NCBI GenBank assembly: GCA_036012755.1
Contig: DASCPX010000043.1
Location: 32,001-96,000 of the forward strand
DNA from: Myxococcota bacterium
GTDB lineage: Bacteria > Myxococcota_A > UBA796 > CAJQPC01
Direction: 5' to 3'
Length of the DNA: 64,000 nucleotides
The translations under genes were made by a program, and so were the position numbers. This document shows positions 8,811-19,500 of the stretch, in pieces. A model generated the notes under the pieces. It saw only the letters and a list, made by a program, of their open reading frames with translations. It was not told where the DNA came from and made no database searches. Each line of letters opens with the position of its first letter. The first letter of the stretch is position 1.

Positions 8811-9727
8811 AAGCCGATCGTCTGGTCCCCGTACATGAAGTTCAGAGCGATGGGACCGAAGATGATGACGAAGACCGCCGGCATGATGCAGAGGATCAAC
8901 GGGAAGAGGATCTTCTGCGAGGCGTACGCGCCCTGGCGCTCGGCCGCCTGGAAGCGGTGGGTGCGGACGAGGTCGCTCTGGGCCCTCAACACCGGGCCGA
9001 TCGAAGCGCCGAGGACGTCCGCCTGGATCAACATCGCGGTGAAGCTCCGGACCTCGCTCATGTCGATCCGGTGGGCCAGGTTCCGCAGGGCCTGCTGGCG
9101 CGTGGCGCCGACCTGCAGCTCGCCGAGGAAGAAGGACAGCTCATCGACCAGCGGGCCCGCCTTGGCCTTCTCGCAGACCTTGTGGATGCCAGCCACGAAG
9201 TCGAGGCCCGCCTCGACCGACAGGGTCAACAGGTCGAGCACGTAGGGGAGCGCTCGCCGGATGCGGCCCTGGCGATCACGCACAAGCCCCGTGATCCAGA
9301 TGTCCGGGAAGCTCGTGCCGATGATGAAGATGAACAGGTCGATCACCAGCGGCTCGTCCCAGCCGACGATGACCCGGGCGAAAAGCACGACGAAGAGCGC
9401 CCAGAAGGCCGTGCCCATCAGGATCTTGTAGGCGAAGAACTCCTCGGCGGTCATCGCGTCGGTCAAGCCGGCGTTCACGAACTTCTTCGCGATCCAGGTC
9501 CGATACCGCGGCAGGCGGATCCAGCGCACCATCGGCACCATCATGCCGAGCAGCGGGCGCAGGGCCTGGACCATCGGAGACAGCGTCTCGCTCTCCACGC
9601 CCTTCAGGCCGAGGCGCTCCTGGGCCGGGTCGTGCTCGTCCGAGGGCCAGGCGCTGACCACGCCGAAGAACACCGCCGCCGCGAAGAGCAGCGTGATCGG
9701 GACGGAGAGGGGCGGAAAAGCCGGCAC
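8807..9727 (-). CDS. tadC: Tad pilus platform protein TadC (T2SS-F family)
   Basis: 'ALPYVLDLLTLSVEAGLDF...GATRQQAL...QADVLGASIGPVLRAQS...KILFPLILCIMPAVFVIIFGP'. Confidence 0.9.
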   Translation of the reverse strand: MPAFPPLSVPITLLFAAAVFFGVVSAWPSDEHDPAQERLGLKGVESETLSPMVQALRPLLGMMVPMVRWIRLPRYRTWIAKKFVNAGLTDAMTAEEFFAYKILMGTAFWALFVVLFARVIVGWDEPLVIDLFIFIIGTSFPDIWITGLVRDRQGRIRRALPYVLDLLTLSVEAGLDFVAGIHKVCEKAKAGPLVDELSFFLGELQVGATRQQALRNLAHRIDMSEVRSFTAMLIQADVLGASIGPVLRAQSDLVRTHRFQAAERQGAYASQKILFPLILCIMPAVFVIIFGPIALNFMYGDQTIGL

Positions 9728-9736
9728 GCGCGAAGA

Positions 9737-10549
9737 CTACCGCGACGTGAGGATCTCTCGAAGCTCAGAGGCCTCGACCGGATGACCTGTGAAGAGCTCG
9801 AAGGACATGGCGCCCTGGTGGATGAGCATGCCCAGCCCGGTGCTCGTGCGAAGTCCCCGCGCCCCGCAGGCCGCGAGTCGTGGGGGCCGGGGGTTCCAGT
9901 AGTTGGCGTCCACCCAGATCGCAGTCTCCGGCAGCTGCTCGATCGGCAAGGCCTCGACGAGGGCCTCTGCCCCTCCTCCGAGGCAGTTCACGACGAGGTC
10001 GAAGGGGGTCCCCGCGAAGGCCTCTGGCGTCAGCGGCGAGGCGACGACACGGAGCTGGTCTGCGGCCTTCTCCGCCCGCGACAGGGTGCGATTGAAGAGG
10101 TGGACCTCGGCGCGCTGGGCGAGGCTCGCGGCGACCGCCCGACCAGCACCGCCGGCTCCGAGGACCGCGCAGACTGCGCCCGTGGGGTCGAAGTCGTGCT
10201 CCTCGGCGAGGCTCGCGACCAACCCGGCGCCGTCGGTGTTGTAGCCGGTGAGGTGCCCGTCGACGTTGATCACCACGTTGACGGCGCCCGCCTCGCGCGC
10301 CGCGATGGTGAGGTGGTCCAGATCCGGCAGCAGCCGCTCCTTGAAGGGCACGGTGAGGTTCACGCCGACGATGTCGAGGGTGACGATGGCGCTCGCGACA
10401 CGGTCCGCGCGGCGGGGATCGACATCGAAGGCGACGTACACGGCGTCCAGACCGAGGCGACGGAACAGGGTCGTGTGCATCTCCGGCGAGAGGCTGTGGC
10501 GGACGGGGTGCCCCACGAGTCCGAAGATCCGGGTGCGGCCGCTGATCAC
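9737..10549 (-). CDS. aroE: shikimate dehydrogenase
   Basis: GHPVRHSLSPEMH, NLTVPFKE, GAVN, GYNTDG, LGAGGAGRA, GLGMLIHQG. Confidence 0.95.
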   Translation of the reverse strand: MISGRTRIFGLVGHPVRHSLSPEMHTTLFRRLGLDAVYVAFDVDPRRADRVASAIVTLDIVGVNLTVPFKERLLPDLDHLTIAAREAGAVNVVINVDGHLTGYNTDGAGLVASLAEEHDFDPTGAVCAVLGAGGAGRAVAASLAQRAEVHLFNRTLSRAEKAADQLRVVASPLTPEAFAGTPFDLVVNCLGGGAEALVEALPIEQLPETAIWVDANYWNPRPPRLAACGARGLRTSTGLGMLIHQGAMSFELFTGHPVEASELREILTSR

Positions 10550-10571
10550 TTCGAGCTCGGAGCTGCGCGCG

Positions 10572-11492
10572 TCACCGCGTCAAGATCGCACGGGCCGCCT
10601 GGATGTCCTTCTCGACCTGCCGCTTCAGGGCCCCGACGTTCTCGAAGCGGCGCTCGCCCCGGAGCCGCTCGCGGAAGAGCACGTCCATGCGCTCCCCGTA
10701 GAGGTCGCCCTCGAAGTCGAGCAGGTGGACCTCGATCGACAGCCGGCTGCCCTCGAAGGTAGGCCGGACCCCGAGGTTCGCGACCGCGGGGCGCAGCTCG
10801 CCGTCGACCACCCGGGCCTCCACCGCGTAGACCCCCGGCGGCGGCAGGAGCTCGCCCTCCCTGGAGATGTTGGCGGTCGGGAAGCCCAGCGCGCGCCCGC
10901 GGGCCTCGCCCTCGATCACGGTGCCGCGGAGGTGAAACGGGCGCCCCAGCAGCTCCGAGGCGCGGTGCAGATCACCGGTGGCGACGGACTCGCGGATCCG
11001 TGAGCTGGAGACGGTGGTTCCATCCTCCAGGACCAGCGCTTCGACGGCATCGATGGGCAGTTCGGGCAGCTGCTGCCTCAGCAGATCGATGTCGCCAGCG
11101 CGCTCGTTGCCGTAGCGGAAGTCGTAGCCGACCACCATCGCGACGGGGTCGAGGCGGGACTCGAGGATCTCGTGAGCGAACCACTGAGGTGGGTTCTGCC
11201 CGAGCTCGACGCTGAAGGCCTCGATGACGACGATGTCCACCCCAGCCTCTCCCAGGAGCCGGAGCTTCTCGCCGAGGGGCAGGATGCGGGGTGGACAGCT
11301 CTCCGGGCGCAGGACCCGCTGAGGCGCTGGCTCGAAGGTGTAGACACAGCTGGGCGCGTCGCGCTGCCCGGCAGTCTCGATGAGCACCTCGAGCAGGCGA
11401 CGGTGGCCAAGGTGCACACCATCGAAATTGCCGATGGTGATCACACCTCGGACCTCGCGACCGAAGCGCTCGGAGCCATGGACGACGCGCAT
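10572..11492 (-). CDS. ribF: bifunctional riboflavin kinase/FAD synthetase
   Basis: TIGNFDGVHLGH, VGYDFRYG, VSSSRIR, GRALGFPTAN, GVRPTF, IEVHLLDF. Confidence 0.95.
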   Translation of the reverse strand: MRVVHGSERFGREVRGVITIGNFDGVHLGHRRLLEVLIETAGQRDAPSCVYTFEPAPQRVLRPESCPPRILPLGEKLRLLGEAGVDIVVIEAFSVELGQNPPQWFAHEILESRLDPVAMVVGYDFRYGNERAGDIDLLRQQLPELPIDAVEALVLEDGTTVSSSRIRESVATGDLHRASELLGRPFHLRGTVIEGEARGRALGFPTANISREGELLPPPGVYAVEARVVDGELRPAVANLGVRPTFEGSRLSIEVHLLDFEGDLYGERMDVLFRERLRGERRFENVGALKRQVEKDIQAARAILTR

Positions 11493-11535
11493 GGCGCCAT
11501 CTATCCGCCTGGCGGAGCGCGCGATAGCAGGCTGC

Positions 11536-13149
11536 ATGCTTCTGTTCGCCCTGGCCTGCAGCTCCGAGCCCACCCCCAGCGCCGAGGTCGATCCGGTGGA
11601 GGATCTCGGGCCCATCGACGGGGACACCCTGGTCGTGGCGGCGAGCTTCGATCCGGGCAACCTGAACTCCATCGTCGCGCCCTACGCGCTCAGTGGGTAC
11701 TACATCGGCGCGACACAGCTGGGGCTGGTCGAGCGGCGCGTCGATACGGACGGCCTGCTCCACGTCCCCGGCGTCGCCGAGTCCTGGTCGTGGTCGGAGG
11801 ACGGACTGACGACGACCTTCATCCTCCGAGACGACATCGTCTTCAGCGACGGCCATCCGCTCTCCGCAGAGGACGTCGCCTTCACCTACGAGCTGATCCT
11901 CGACCCGGAGGTCGCCAGCAACTGGCACGCCCTGGAGAAGAAGCTGGAGTCGGTGGAGGTCATCGACGAGCACACCGTGGCCTTCACCTGGAAGCAGCCG
12001 GGGCTGCACACGAACCTGATGGACGAGTTCCGCCTCGGCGTCCTCCCGAAGCACGTCCTCGCGGAGGCGGACCGTGGCTCCCTGCGAGGGCACGAGTACT
12101 CGCGAAACCCCCTGTCGACGGCCTCCTGGAAGCTCACGGCCTGGGACAAGGAGGCCCGGCTGGTGTTGGAGCCCAACGGCCTCGTCACCGGCCGGCCGCC
12201 CGCTCGGCTCGATCGGGTGATCACCAAGATCATCCCGGAATACGCGACCCAGCTGATCGAGCTGGAGAACGGCAGCGTCGACATGGTCTTCACGGTCGAG
12301 CTGGCGGACATCCCCGGCATCGAGGCCGACCACCCGGAGATCCGCCTGCTGCGGGAGGAGGCCTCCGGAATGGAGTACGTCGGGTGGAACATGAAGGACC
12401 CGATCCTCGAGGACGCGCGCGTTCGTCTGGCGTTGACGCATGCGATCGACGTCGAGCGACTCATCGAAGACGCCTACTCGGTCGACGACAGGGTCTTCGC
12501 CTCCCCCTGCCACGGCACCGTCACCCCCTCGACCGGGGGCTGGTACAACACGGACATCGAGCGACTGGCCTTCGACCAACAACAATCCATGGCGCTGTTC
12601 GACGAGGCCGGCTGGACGGACACCGACGGGGACGCCATCCGCGACCGGGACGGCCAGCCGCTGTCGATCACGCTGGTCATCCAGAACAGCATCCCGCGAA
12701 GCGAGAAGCTGGCCATCCGCATCCAGGCGATGCTGCGCGAGGTCGGGGTCGATCTGCAGATCCAGGCCCTGGAACCAAACCTCTTCAGCAGCCAGGCCAG
12801 GGCCCACGAGTTCCAGGCGATCCTCTGGGGGTTCGGCGCGAACTACAAGGTGGACCCGACCATCCAGTGGCACTCGACGGGCCAGTACAACTGGATGGGC
12901 TTCTCCGATCCAGAGGTCGACCGGCTGCTCGAGGAGGCGATGTCCACCAGCGATCTCTCGGATGCCCAGGCCAAGGTCCGAGAGGTCCAGGCGATCGTCT
13001 ACGAGGCCCAGCCCGCGACCTTCCTGGTCTGGCAGGACACCGTCGGTGCGATCCACACCCGCTTCGAGGGCGTGAAGCAGAACCCATACACGGCCTTCCA
13101 GGAGCTCGAGACCTGGTGGGTGCCGGCCTCGAAGCAGAAGTACCGCTAG
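11536..13149 (+). CDS. ABC transporter substrate-binding lipoprotein, family 5 (peptide/nickel)
   Basis: MLLFALAC; 'PGVAESWSWSEDGLTTTFILRDDIVFSDGHPLSAEDVAFT'; 'DARVRLALTHAID'. Confidence 0.9.
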   Translation: MLLFALACSSEPTPSAEVDPVEDLGPIDGDTLVVAASFDPGNLNSIVAPYALSGYYIGATQLGLVERRVDTDGLLHVPGVAESWSWSEDGLTTTFILRDDIVFSDGHPLSAEDVAFTYELILDPEVASNWHALEKKLESVEVIDEHTVAFTWKQPGLHTNLMDEFRLGVLPKHVLAEADRGSLRGHEYSRNPLSTASWKLTAWDKEARLVLEPNGLVTGRPPARLDRVITKIIPEYATQLIELENGSVDMVFTVELADIPGIEADHPEIRLLREEASGMEYVGWNMKDPILEDARVRLALTHAIDVERLIEDAYSVDDRVFASPCHGTVTPSTGGWYNTDIERLAFDQQQSMALFDEAGWTDTDGDAIRDRDGQPLSITLVIQNSIPRSEKLAIRIQAMLREVGVDLQIQALEPNLFSSQARAHEFQAILWGFGANYKVDPTIQWHSTGQYNWMGFSDPEVDRLLEEAMSTSDLSDAQAKVREVQAIVYEAQPATFLVWQDTVGAIHTRFEGVKQNPYTAFQELETWWVPASKQKYR

Positions 13150-15317
13150 CCGCAGATCATCATCGTAACGACGCGGCCCGAGAGCGTGGTCCCGCCGGTG
13201 AGCGCCGCTCGGAGTTGGGAGGTGGAGAAGAACGGGTCCCTGCGCTTCCAGGTCTCCTGGCGGATGCGGAGTTCGCCGCCGCGACGGGTGCGCTGCCCGA
13301 CGAAGAGCTCGAACTCCCGTGGGAGCACCCCCCAGTAGGGGCCCTCGTCGTGGTCGCTCAGCACGGGCCGAAACGCGCTGAAGCCGTCGACGATGAGATG
13401 GAAGGCCTTGTCGCCGCTGCGTCCAAGGCGCACCGGGCGCCCCTTGGCCCTCTCGGCCAACAGCGCGCCGGTCGAGGTCGCCCAGCCGATGGGCATGTAC
13501 CAGCCCTCCTCGTGGGGCAGCCAGAGGGCCACGAGGTCTACCGCCGCGAACTCGTAGGGCTTGAGCAGCTGCTCCTCCGGCGTCAAGGTCCGCTGGGAGA
13601 TCAGGATGTGGATGTTGTCGACGAGAGTGCTCCGAGCGACCAGCAGCGGGGAACGGTCCACGGCGCGGAAGCCCGGTGGCAGCGCCCAGGGGCCCGCGCC
13701 GTCCAGCTCGAAGACGGCGTAGTTGGTGTCGGCGATGGGCTCGTCCAGAGCAGCCGATTGCAGGCGGCTCAGGTCCAGCTGGTGGCGCCGGATCTCACCG
13801 CAAAGGAGCTCTCCGTAGCGGGAGTCCTCTCCCAGCTTCTTCGCCTCGACGAGAGCGATCTCGGAGTGCTCCTCTGCGTAGAGCAGCACCTCGACCCGCG
13901 GATCTCGGGAGAGCCCGAGCAGCCCCCCCGGTCCTCTGGAGCCGGCGAAGCGACGCCGGCCGTCCTCGACGAGGATCTTGGAGACCCGCCCGGTGATCAC
14001 CTCGCCGACACGATCCGGGGGCACACGGCCGCGGTAGCCGGGCTTCAGCGTGAGCAGCGGCATGCCGTCGCTGTCGACGGGTGCGATCTCCGGGGCATCG
14101 GAGACCGGCATCGTCCGCGCGGGCCAGGAGCGGCTGCCCACGTCCAACAGCCGCATGTCGAGACGAAGACGCCAGCCGCCATGAATCCTGCGCTCCGGGG
14201 TCGAGAAGCACTGCAGCCCCTCCAGCCGCCGGATGGCCCGCGGCAGCCCCAGCTCGAAGCGGGCCTCGCGCCCGTCCGGCAGCTTCGTGACCAGGGGGAC
14301 CTCGTCCACGAGGAGCTCGGTGAGCGTGCTGCCAGGGACCACATCGGCCACGCTCGCGAGCACCCGACCGAGCCGACCGAGGTCCTGCAGAGCAGAGAGC
14401 ACCTCGGCCCCGAAGACATCGAGCTCGACGGCGACCTCGCTGTCCCAGTCGGCCAGGAGGCGAACCGGGTGGTTCACCCAGGCGGCGGTCCTGCCGAGCC
14501 GGGTCCTGCCCAGGTCCTTCGGGAAGCCGAAGGTCTCCCGACCGACGACGACGGCGGCGCTGCTGTTGGGATAGAGCGAGTGGGTGTAGACCGTCGGCGG
14601 CCAGCGCTTCAGCGGAGCGAAGAAGGCCACCTCGTCGTAGCTGGTGCTCAGCTGGAAGGCGCCGAACCTCGGGTAGTGGGTGAAGACGACGAGGCTGCGG
14701 GTCCCGAAGACGTCGTGCCCTCGCGCCTCCGCCTCCGAGACCTCGACGCCCCCGGAGACCACGAGCATGACGAGGTCCACGTCCTCGGCCTCGTAGTCGG
14801 CGGCAGGGATGGAGGCGTCGAGTGGATCCAGGAAGTCCTCGAGGCCCTCTCCGAGCCGTTTGGCTTCGCGGCGCGTGGCCTTCAGCTCGCCGCTGGCGAG
14901 GTCGACCAGATCCACCCCGGCGAAGTGCCCCGCCAGACCCAGCTTCGCGTAGCGCCCGGGACCTACGAACCGCACCGCGGCGAGAGTGACGAGGCTGGGA
15001 GGGAGCGCCGGCAGCCGCTCGCGGATGCCGACCCAGGAGGGACCCTCGACGACCCACCGTCGGGGGTCCGTGTCTGGCTCCGACGGACGGACACCGGTGA
15101 GCTCCTCGATACGCTCGGGGGAGAACAGCGGCCAGAGGGTCGGGAGCAGGAAGCTCTCCGCGACCCCGTCGAGGACGAGGACGACCTCGACGCCCACCGC
15201 GAACTCGACCTGCTGGCCCGGAGCCACCTCGACGACATCGAGCCCATCACCGAAGGCGACGAGTTCGGTCTCCGACAGGGTCCGCAGACCCGGGATCCCT
15301 CGCAACAGCGCGACCAC
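13146..15317 (-). CDS. hypothetical protein with acetoacetate-decarboxylase-like domain and cNMP-like N-terminus
   Basis: 'SYDEVAFFAP...AVVVGRETFGFPK' is an ADC-family-like motif. The N-terminus 'LLRGIPGLRTLSETEL...VAPGQQV...VLVLDG' resembles the start of a cNMP-binding domain. Confidence 0.6.
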   Translation of the reverse strand: MVALLRGIPGLRTLSETELVAFGDGLDVVEVAPGQQVEFAVGVEVVLVLDGVAESFLLPTLWPLFSPERIEELTGVRPSEPDTDPRRWVVEGPSWVGIRERLPALPPSLVTLAAVRFVGPGRYAKLGLAGHFAGVDLVDLASGELKATRREAKRLGEGLEDFLDPLDASIPAADYEAEDVDLVMLVVSGGVEVSEAEARGHDVFGTRSLVVFTHYPRFGAFQLSTSYDEVAFFAPLKRWPPTVYTHSLYPNSSAAVVVGRETFGFPKDLGRTRLGRTAAWVNHPVRLLADWDSEVAVELDVFGAEVLSALQDLGRLGRVLASVADVVPGSTLTELLVDEVPLVTKLPDGREARFELGLPRAIRRLEGLQCFSTPERRIHGGWRLRLDMRLLDVGSRSWPARTMPVSDAPEIAPVDSDGMPLLTLKPGYRGRVPPDRVGEVITGRVSKILVEDGRRRFAGSRGPGGLLGLSRDPRVEVLLYAEEHSEIALVEAKKLGEDSRYGELLCGEIRRHQLDLSRLQSAALDEPIADTNYAVFELDGAGPWALPPGFRAVDRSPLLVARSTLVDNIHILISQRTLTPEEQLLKPYEFAAVDLVALWLPHEEGWYMPIGWATSTGALLAERAKGRPVRLGRSGDKAFHLIVDGFSAFRPVLSDHDEGPYWGVLPREFELFVGQRTRRGGELRIRQETWKRRDPFFSTSQLRAALTGGTTLSGRVVTMMICG

Positions 15318-15371
15318 GCCGCGAGCATATGTCAGGTCGGCCCTTGAAGCTCACCCCAGGGGTCCGAGGAC

Positions 15372-16511
15372 TCAGCTCGCCCAGCGCATCCACTCGCTCG
15401 GGTCGAAGATCTGCGGCCTGCCGAAGTGGTAGCCCTGCACCAGGTGGATGCCACACTCGCGAAGGGTCGCGGCCTCTTCGGCGGTCTCGATGCCTTCGCC
15501 GAGCACCGTGGCGCCGGTGGCGTCACCGAACTTCACGAGCAGATCGACCAGGCGCTGCTTGCGGGGCTCCTTGTCACAGTTCCGCACGATCGACATGTCG
15601 ATCTTGATGAAGGTCGGCTGAAGGTCGGCGAGGACCGAGAGGCTGTTGTAGCCAGCGCCGAGATCGTCCACGGCGATCTGGAAGCCAGCCGTCTGGAGCT
15701 CCTCGACGCTCCTCTCCCAGCCACCGATGCCCTGGAGCCGGCTGCGCTCGGTGATCTCGATCGCCACCCGGTCCGCGTAGGGCAGCACCGGCTGGAGGGT
15801 CGCCATGAGCCCATCCATGTCCCCGAGCTGTTCGGGGTGGAGGTTCATGAAGAGGTGCTCGTCGGCGCCGAGGACCTCCAGGATCTCACCACAGCGGCGG
15901 GAGACCTCTGCGGCCAGCTCCATGATCATGTCGTGGCGCTCGGCCACGCGGAGCACGGGCATCGGCCCGTCGAGGATGCAGTGGCTGGAGCGCAGCAAGG
16001 CCTCGTAGCCGAAGGGCGAGCCGTCAGCGCGCAGGATGGGCTGCAGCGCCATGCGGATGAAGCCCTCTCGAAGGCAGGCCTCGAGCATGCTGCGCTCGCT
16101 GCTCTCGACCGCCAGCTGCTGGGCGTGACGGACGGTGGCCATGCGCCGGACGGAGGCGTAGGCCTCGCCGAGATGACGCAGGAAGGCCCTGGGCTCGAAG
16201 GGCTTCTCGACGACGCGCAGGACCTCGCCGCGGTTGACCGCCTCGACGATCATCGGGAAGTCGGTGCAGCCGGTCATGAGCATGCGGATGCAGCCCGGCT
16301 GGGCCTCGCGGATGGCAGAGAGGACCTTGAGTCCGTCCAGCCCCGGCATGTCGTAGTCCACCAGGGCAACGTCGAAGACATGGTCCTGCAGCCGCCGAAG
16401 CGCCGAAGGTCCGTCTCCGGCCGTGACCACGCGGAGTCCCTCCGACACCAGCACGCGCCTCAGCGAGCGGCAGAGGCTGAGGTCATCGTCGACGATCAAG
16501 ATATGGTTCAT
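15372..16511 (-). CDS. response regulator receiver + EAL c-di-GMP phosphodiesterase
   Basis: ILIVDDD...LVDYDMPGLDG...KPF receiver; 'QPI...YEALLR', 'IEITE', 'AVDDLGAGYNSL', 'IKID', 'EGIET', 'QGYHFGRP'. Confidence 0.95.
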   Translation of the reverse strand: MNHILIVDDDLSLCRSLRRVLVSEGLRVVTAGDGPSALRRLQDHVFDVALVDYDMPGLDGLKVLSAIREAQPGCIRMLMTGCTDFPMIVEAVNRGEVLRVVEKPFEPRAFLRHLGEAYASVRRMATVRHAQQLAVESSERSMLEACLREGFIRMALQPILRADGSPFGYEALLRSSHCILDGPMPVLRVAERHDMIMELAAEVSRRCGEILEVLGADEHLFMNLHPEQLGDMDGLMATLQPVLPYADRVAIEITERSRLQGIGGWERSVEELQTAGFQIAVDDLGAGYNSLSVLADLQPTFIKIDMSIVRNCDKEPRKQRLVDLLVKFGDATGATVLGEGIETAEEAATLRECGIHLVQGYHFGRPQIFDPSEWMRWAS

Positions 16512-16589
16512 TCCCCACTCCGAGTTGTTGCCTTCCCTGGGCACTTGGGCACCATGCATGGCTCCTCGGATCACAGGTAGGGTGGGTTG

Positions 16590-19500
16590 ATGCTCGCCCT
16601 CGGATTCCTCATCTCGGCGCATGCGGCTCGCCTGGTCGTGGACGGCGACGGCGGCGGGGATCACACGACCATCCAGGACGCCGTCGACGCCGCGTCGCGA
16701 GGCGATCACATCGTGGTGCTCGCCGGCACCTACGAGATGGTCAGCCTGAACTCGGTCAGCGTGCCGATCATCGGCCTGGACGGACCCGACGCCGTCTGGA
16801 TCGACACCAGCGACTTCTGGGCCATCTACCACACGGACTCGGAGCGACTGCGCCTGGAGGGCCTGTCGCTGGTGGCAGCCGACTCTGCCGTCTACTCCTC
16901 GGGCGGCGGCGTCCACGCCCGCAGGGTGCGTACCTACGACTCCACCTACGGCTTCTACAGCTACTACAGCGATCCCTGGCTGCTCCAAGCGGTCGTTGCC
17001 GGGGGCCACTCGATGTACGGCATCACGGCCTACCACTGCGACATGGAGATCGAGCACGCCACGTTCGTCGCCAACAGCGCCCACCTCTACAGCCGCAACA
17101 TGACCGTCACGGCAGCGCAGGTCGTGGGCTACGACGGCGTTCCGGTCCACAGCTGCAGCAGCAGCACGATGGACGTCTCCTACGCGCTCTTCGGCGACAT
17201 CAGCGGGACCTGGCCTTCCTGCGCCTCCTCCTCCTCGGTGATGCTCGGCTTCGACGTCGAGTTCAATGACTACGCCGAGGGCGGGGACTGGGAGGACCAG
17301 GACCTCCGCGAGGTGGGCCTGGGGGTCGACGCGGGCCCCTCTGGCTGCGAGGACGTCGACGGCAGCGTCTGCGACCTAGGCGCCTTCGGCGGGCCCTGGG
17401 GGAGCGACACCGATCACGACCGCGACGGGCTGCCCGACGCCTGGGAAGAGGAGCAGGGACTGGATCCAACCGTCGACGACGGCGCGGACGACGAGGACGG
17501 TGACGGGCTCGACAACCTCGCCGAGTACCTCTACGACACGGACCTGGCAGACGCGGACACCGACGGGGACGGGGCTGATGACCTCGACGAGCTCCAAGCT
17601 GGCTTCGACCCCCTCGACCCGGACGACCAGGCTCCCACTGCAGTGCTCGCCGGAGCCTCCTGGGCCTATGTGGATGAGCCGAGCCTGCTCGACGGGCGCG
17701 CCTCCAGCGATCCCCTCGGCGAGGCCCTGAGCCACCGCTGGACGGCCACGCGGCAGCCATCTGCCTCGACCATGGACTCGGAGCTCGGCGACACGGCCAC
17801 CCTCACCTTCGTCCCTGACGCAGCGGGCGCCTGGACGATCCAGCTCGAGGTCGATGACGGCACGACGACCGACACGGCCAGCCTGGAGATCGCGGTCTAC
17901 GAAGGGCGCGAGGTCCGCATCCCAGAGGACTTCGCCAGCTTCGCCGAGATCGACCCGCAGCCCGGCATGGTCGTGGTCTTCGGAGCCGGCGAGCACGTCG
18001 TCGAGGGCCTGACCGTCGAAGACGAGCTCACCCTGCGCGGCGCCGGGGCTGACGAGACGACCCTGGTCGTGGACCGCCTGACGTCCTCCAACGGCGGGCT
18101 GATGCGCCTGCAGGACCTTCGCGTCACCGGCAGCACGAACATCCCGCCGGTCTACACATACGGCGGGCGGCTGGAGCTCAGCGCCGTCACGGTCGACACC
18201 CCGGACTCGCCAAGAGGCATCGCCGTCCTGTACGGCATCCTGACGGCCCATGACCTCACCGTCACCGCCCAGGACGACGGCATCTTCGGCACCGCGGCCC
18301 TCCTGGATGTCCGGCGCGGATCGATCGCCGCGGCCACCGCCGTCAACAACGACAACGGCACGACGCGACTCGAGGGGCTCTTCCTCGAGGCCACGCTCTA
18401 CGGCGTGGAGGGCGTGGGGGGCAGCTTCGAGCTGCACCACCTCACCGTGGCTGGAGCCACCCTCGGCCTGCGCGTCTCGGGCAGCACCGTCACCGGCGAC
18501 CACCTCTACTTCCACGAGGTGGGCAGCGCCCTGGCCTGCTACTCCGGGGCCGAGTCGCTCTACGACTTCGTGCTCACCAGCGACTCCGGGCTCGGCGGCG
18601 CCTGCACGGTCCTGCGCTCGCAGGAAGACACCTCCGGCCCGGACGAGGACGGGGTGCCCTCGCCGGAGAGCCTGGCGTGGGACGGTGGAGACTGGCGACT
18701 GCTCGACCCCGACGGGACCGTCACCGACATCGGAGTCAGCGGCGGCGCCTTCGGTCTCAGGCAGGAGCACGAGCTCGCAGCACCCAACGAGGACCTCGAC
18801 GGCGACGGGCTGACGGCTGTGATCGAGTGGATGCTGGGCAGCTCCGACGAGGAGATCGACAGCGACGGCGACGGCCACACGGACATCGCCGAGCACACGC
18901 TCGGTGGAGATCCTGCCGATCCAGCGAACCACCACCCGGACCTCGACGGTCTCCTGGAGCGGGCCGCGGTCGGCGGCACACTCGAGGTGGCGCCGAGCTG
19001 GAACGACGACCCCGACGGCGACTCCTGCACCTTCACCTGGGAGGACGGCAGCGAGGCCATCCCGCGGACCTTCGACACCAGCGTCGCCGGAGTCCAGACC
19101 CTGGCCTGGACGCTGGTGTGTGGAGCCGGAGCGTCTGCGGGCGAGGCGGTGGTGATCGTCACAGAGGACCTCTTCGTGCCGAGCGACTTCGCGACCGTGA
19201 CGGACGCCCTCGCCGCCGCCGAGGACCACCACCGCATCGTGCTGGAGGTGGGCGAACACGTCGGTGACGCCGATCTCCGCGGACGGTCCACCGCTCTCGT
19301 CGGCGAGGGACGGGACAGCCGGCTCGTGGGAGACGTGCTGGGGGACCAGGCGGCGCTGCAGGTCCAGGACCTCCTCGTCGAAGGGGACGTCCGGGTCGAT
19401 GGAGGCTCCCTGTCCCGGCTCGAGGTCATCGGCGCCCTCTGGACCGGGAGCGCCGGCGGACGCTACGTGCTCGTCCACGACGATCTGCACGTCCTCGAGG

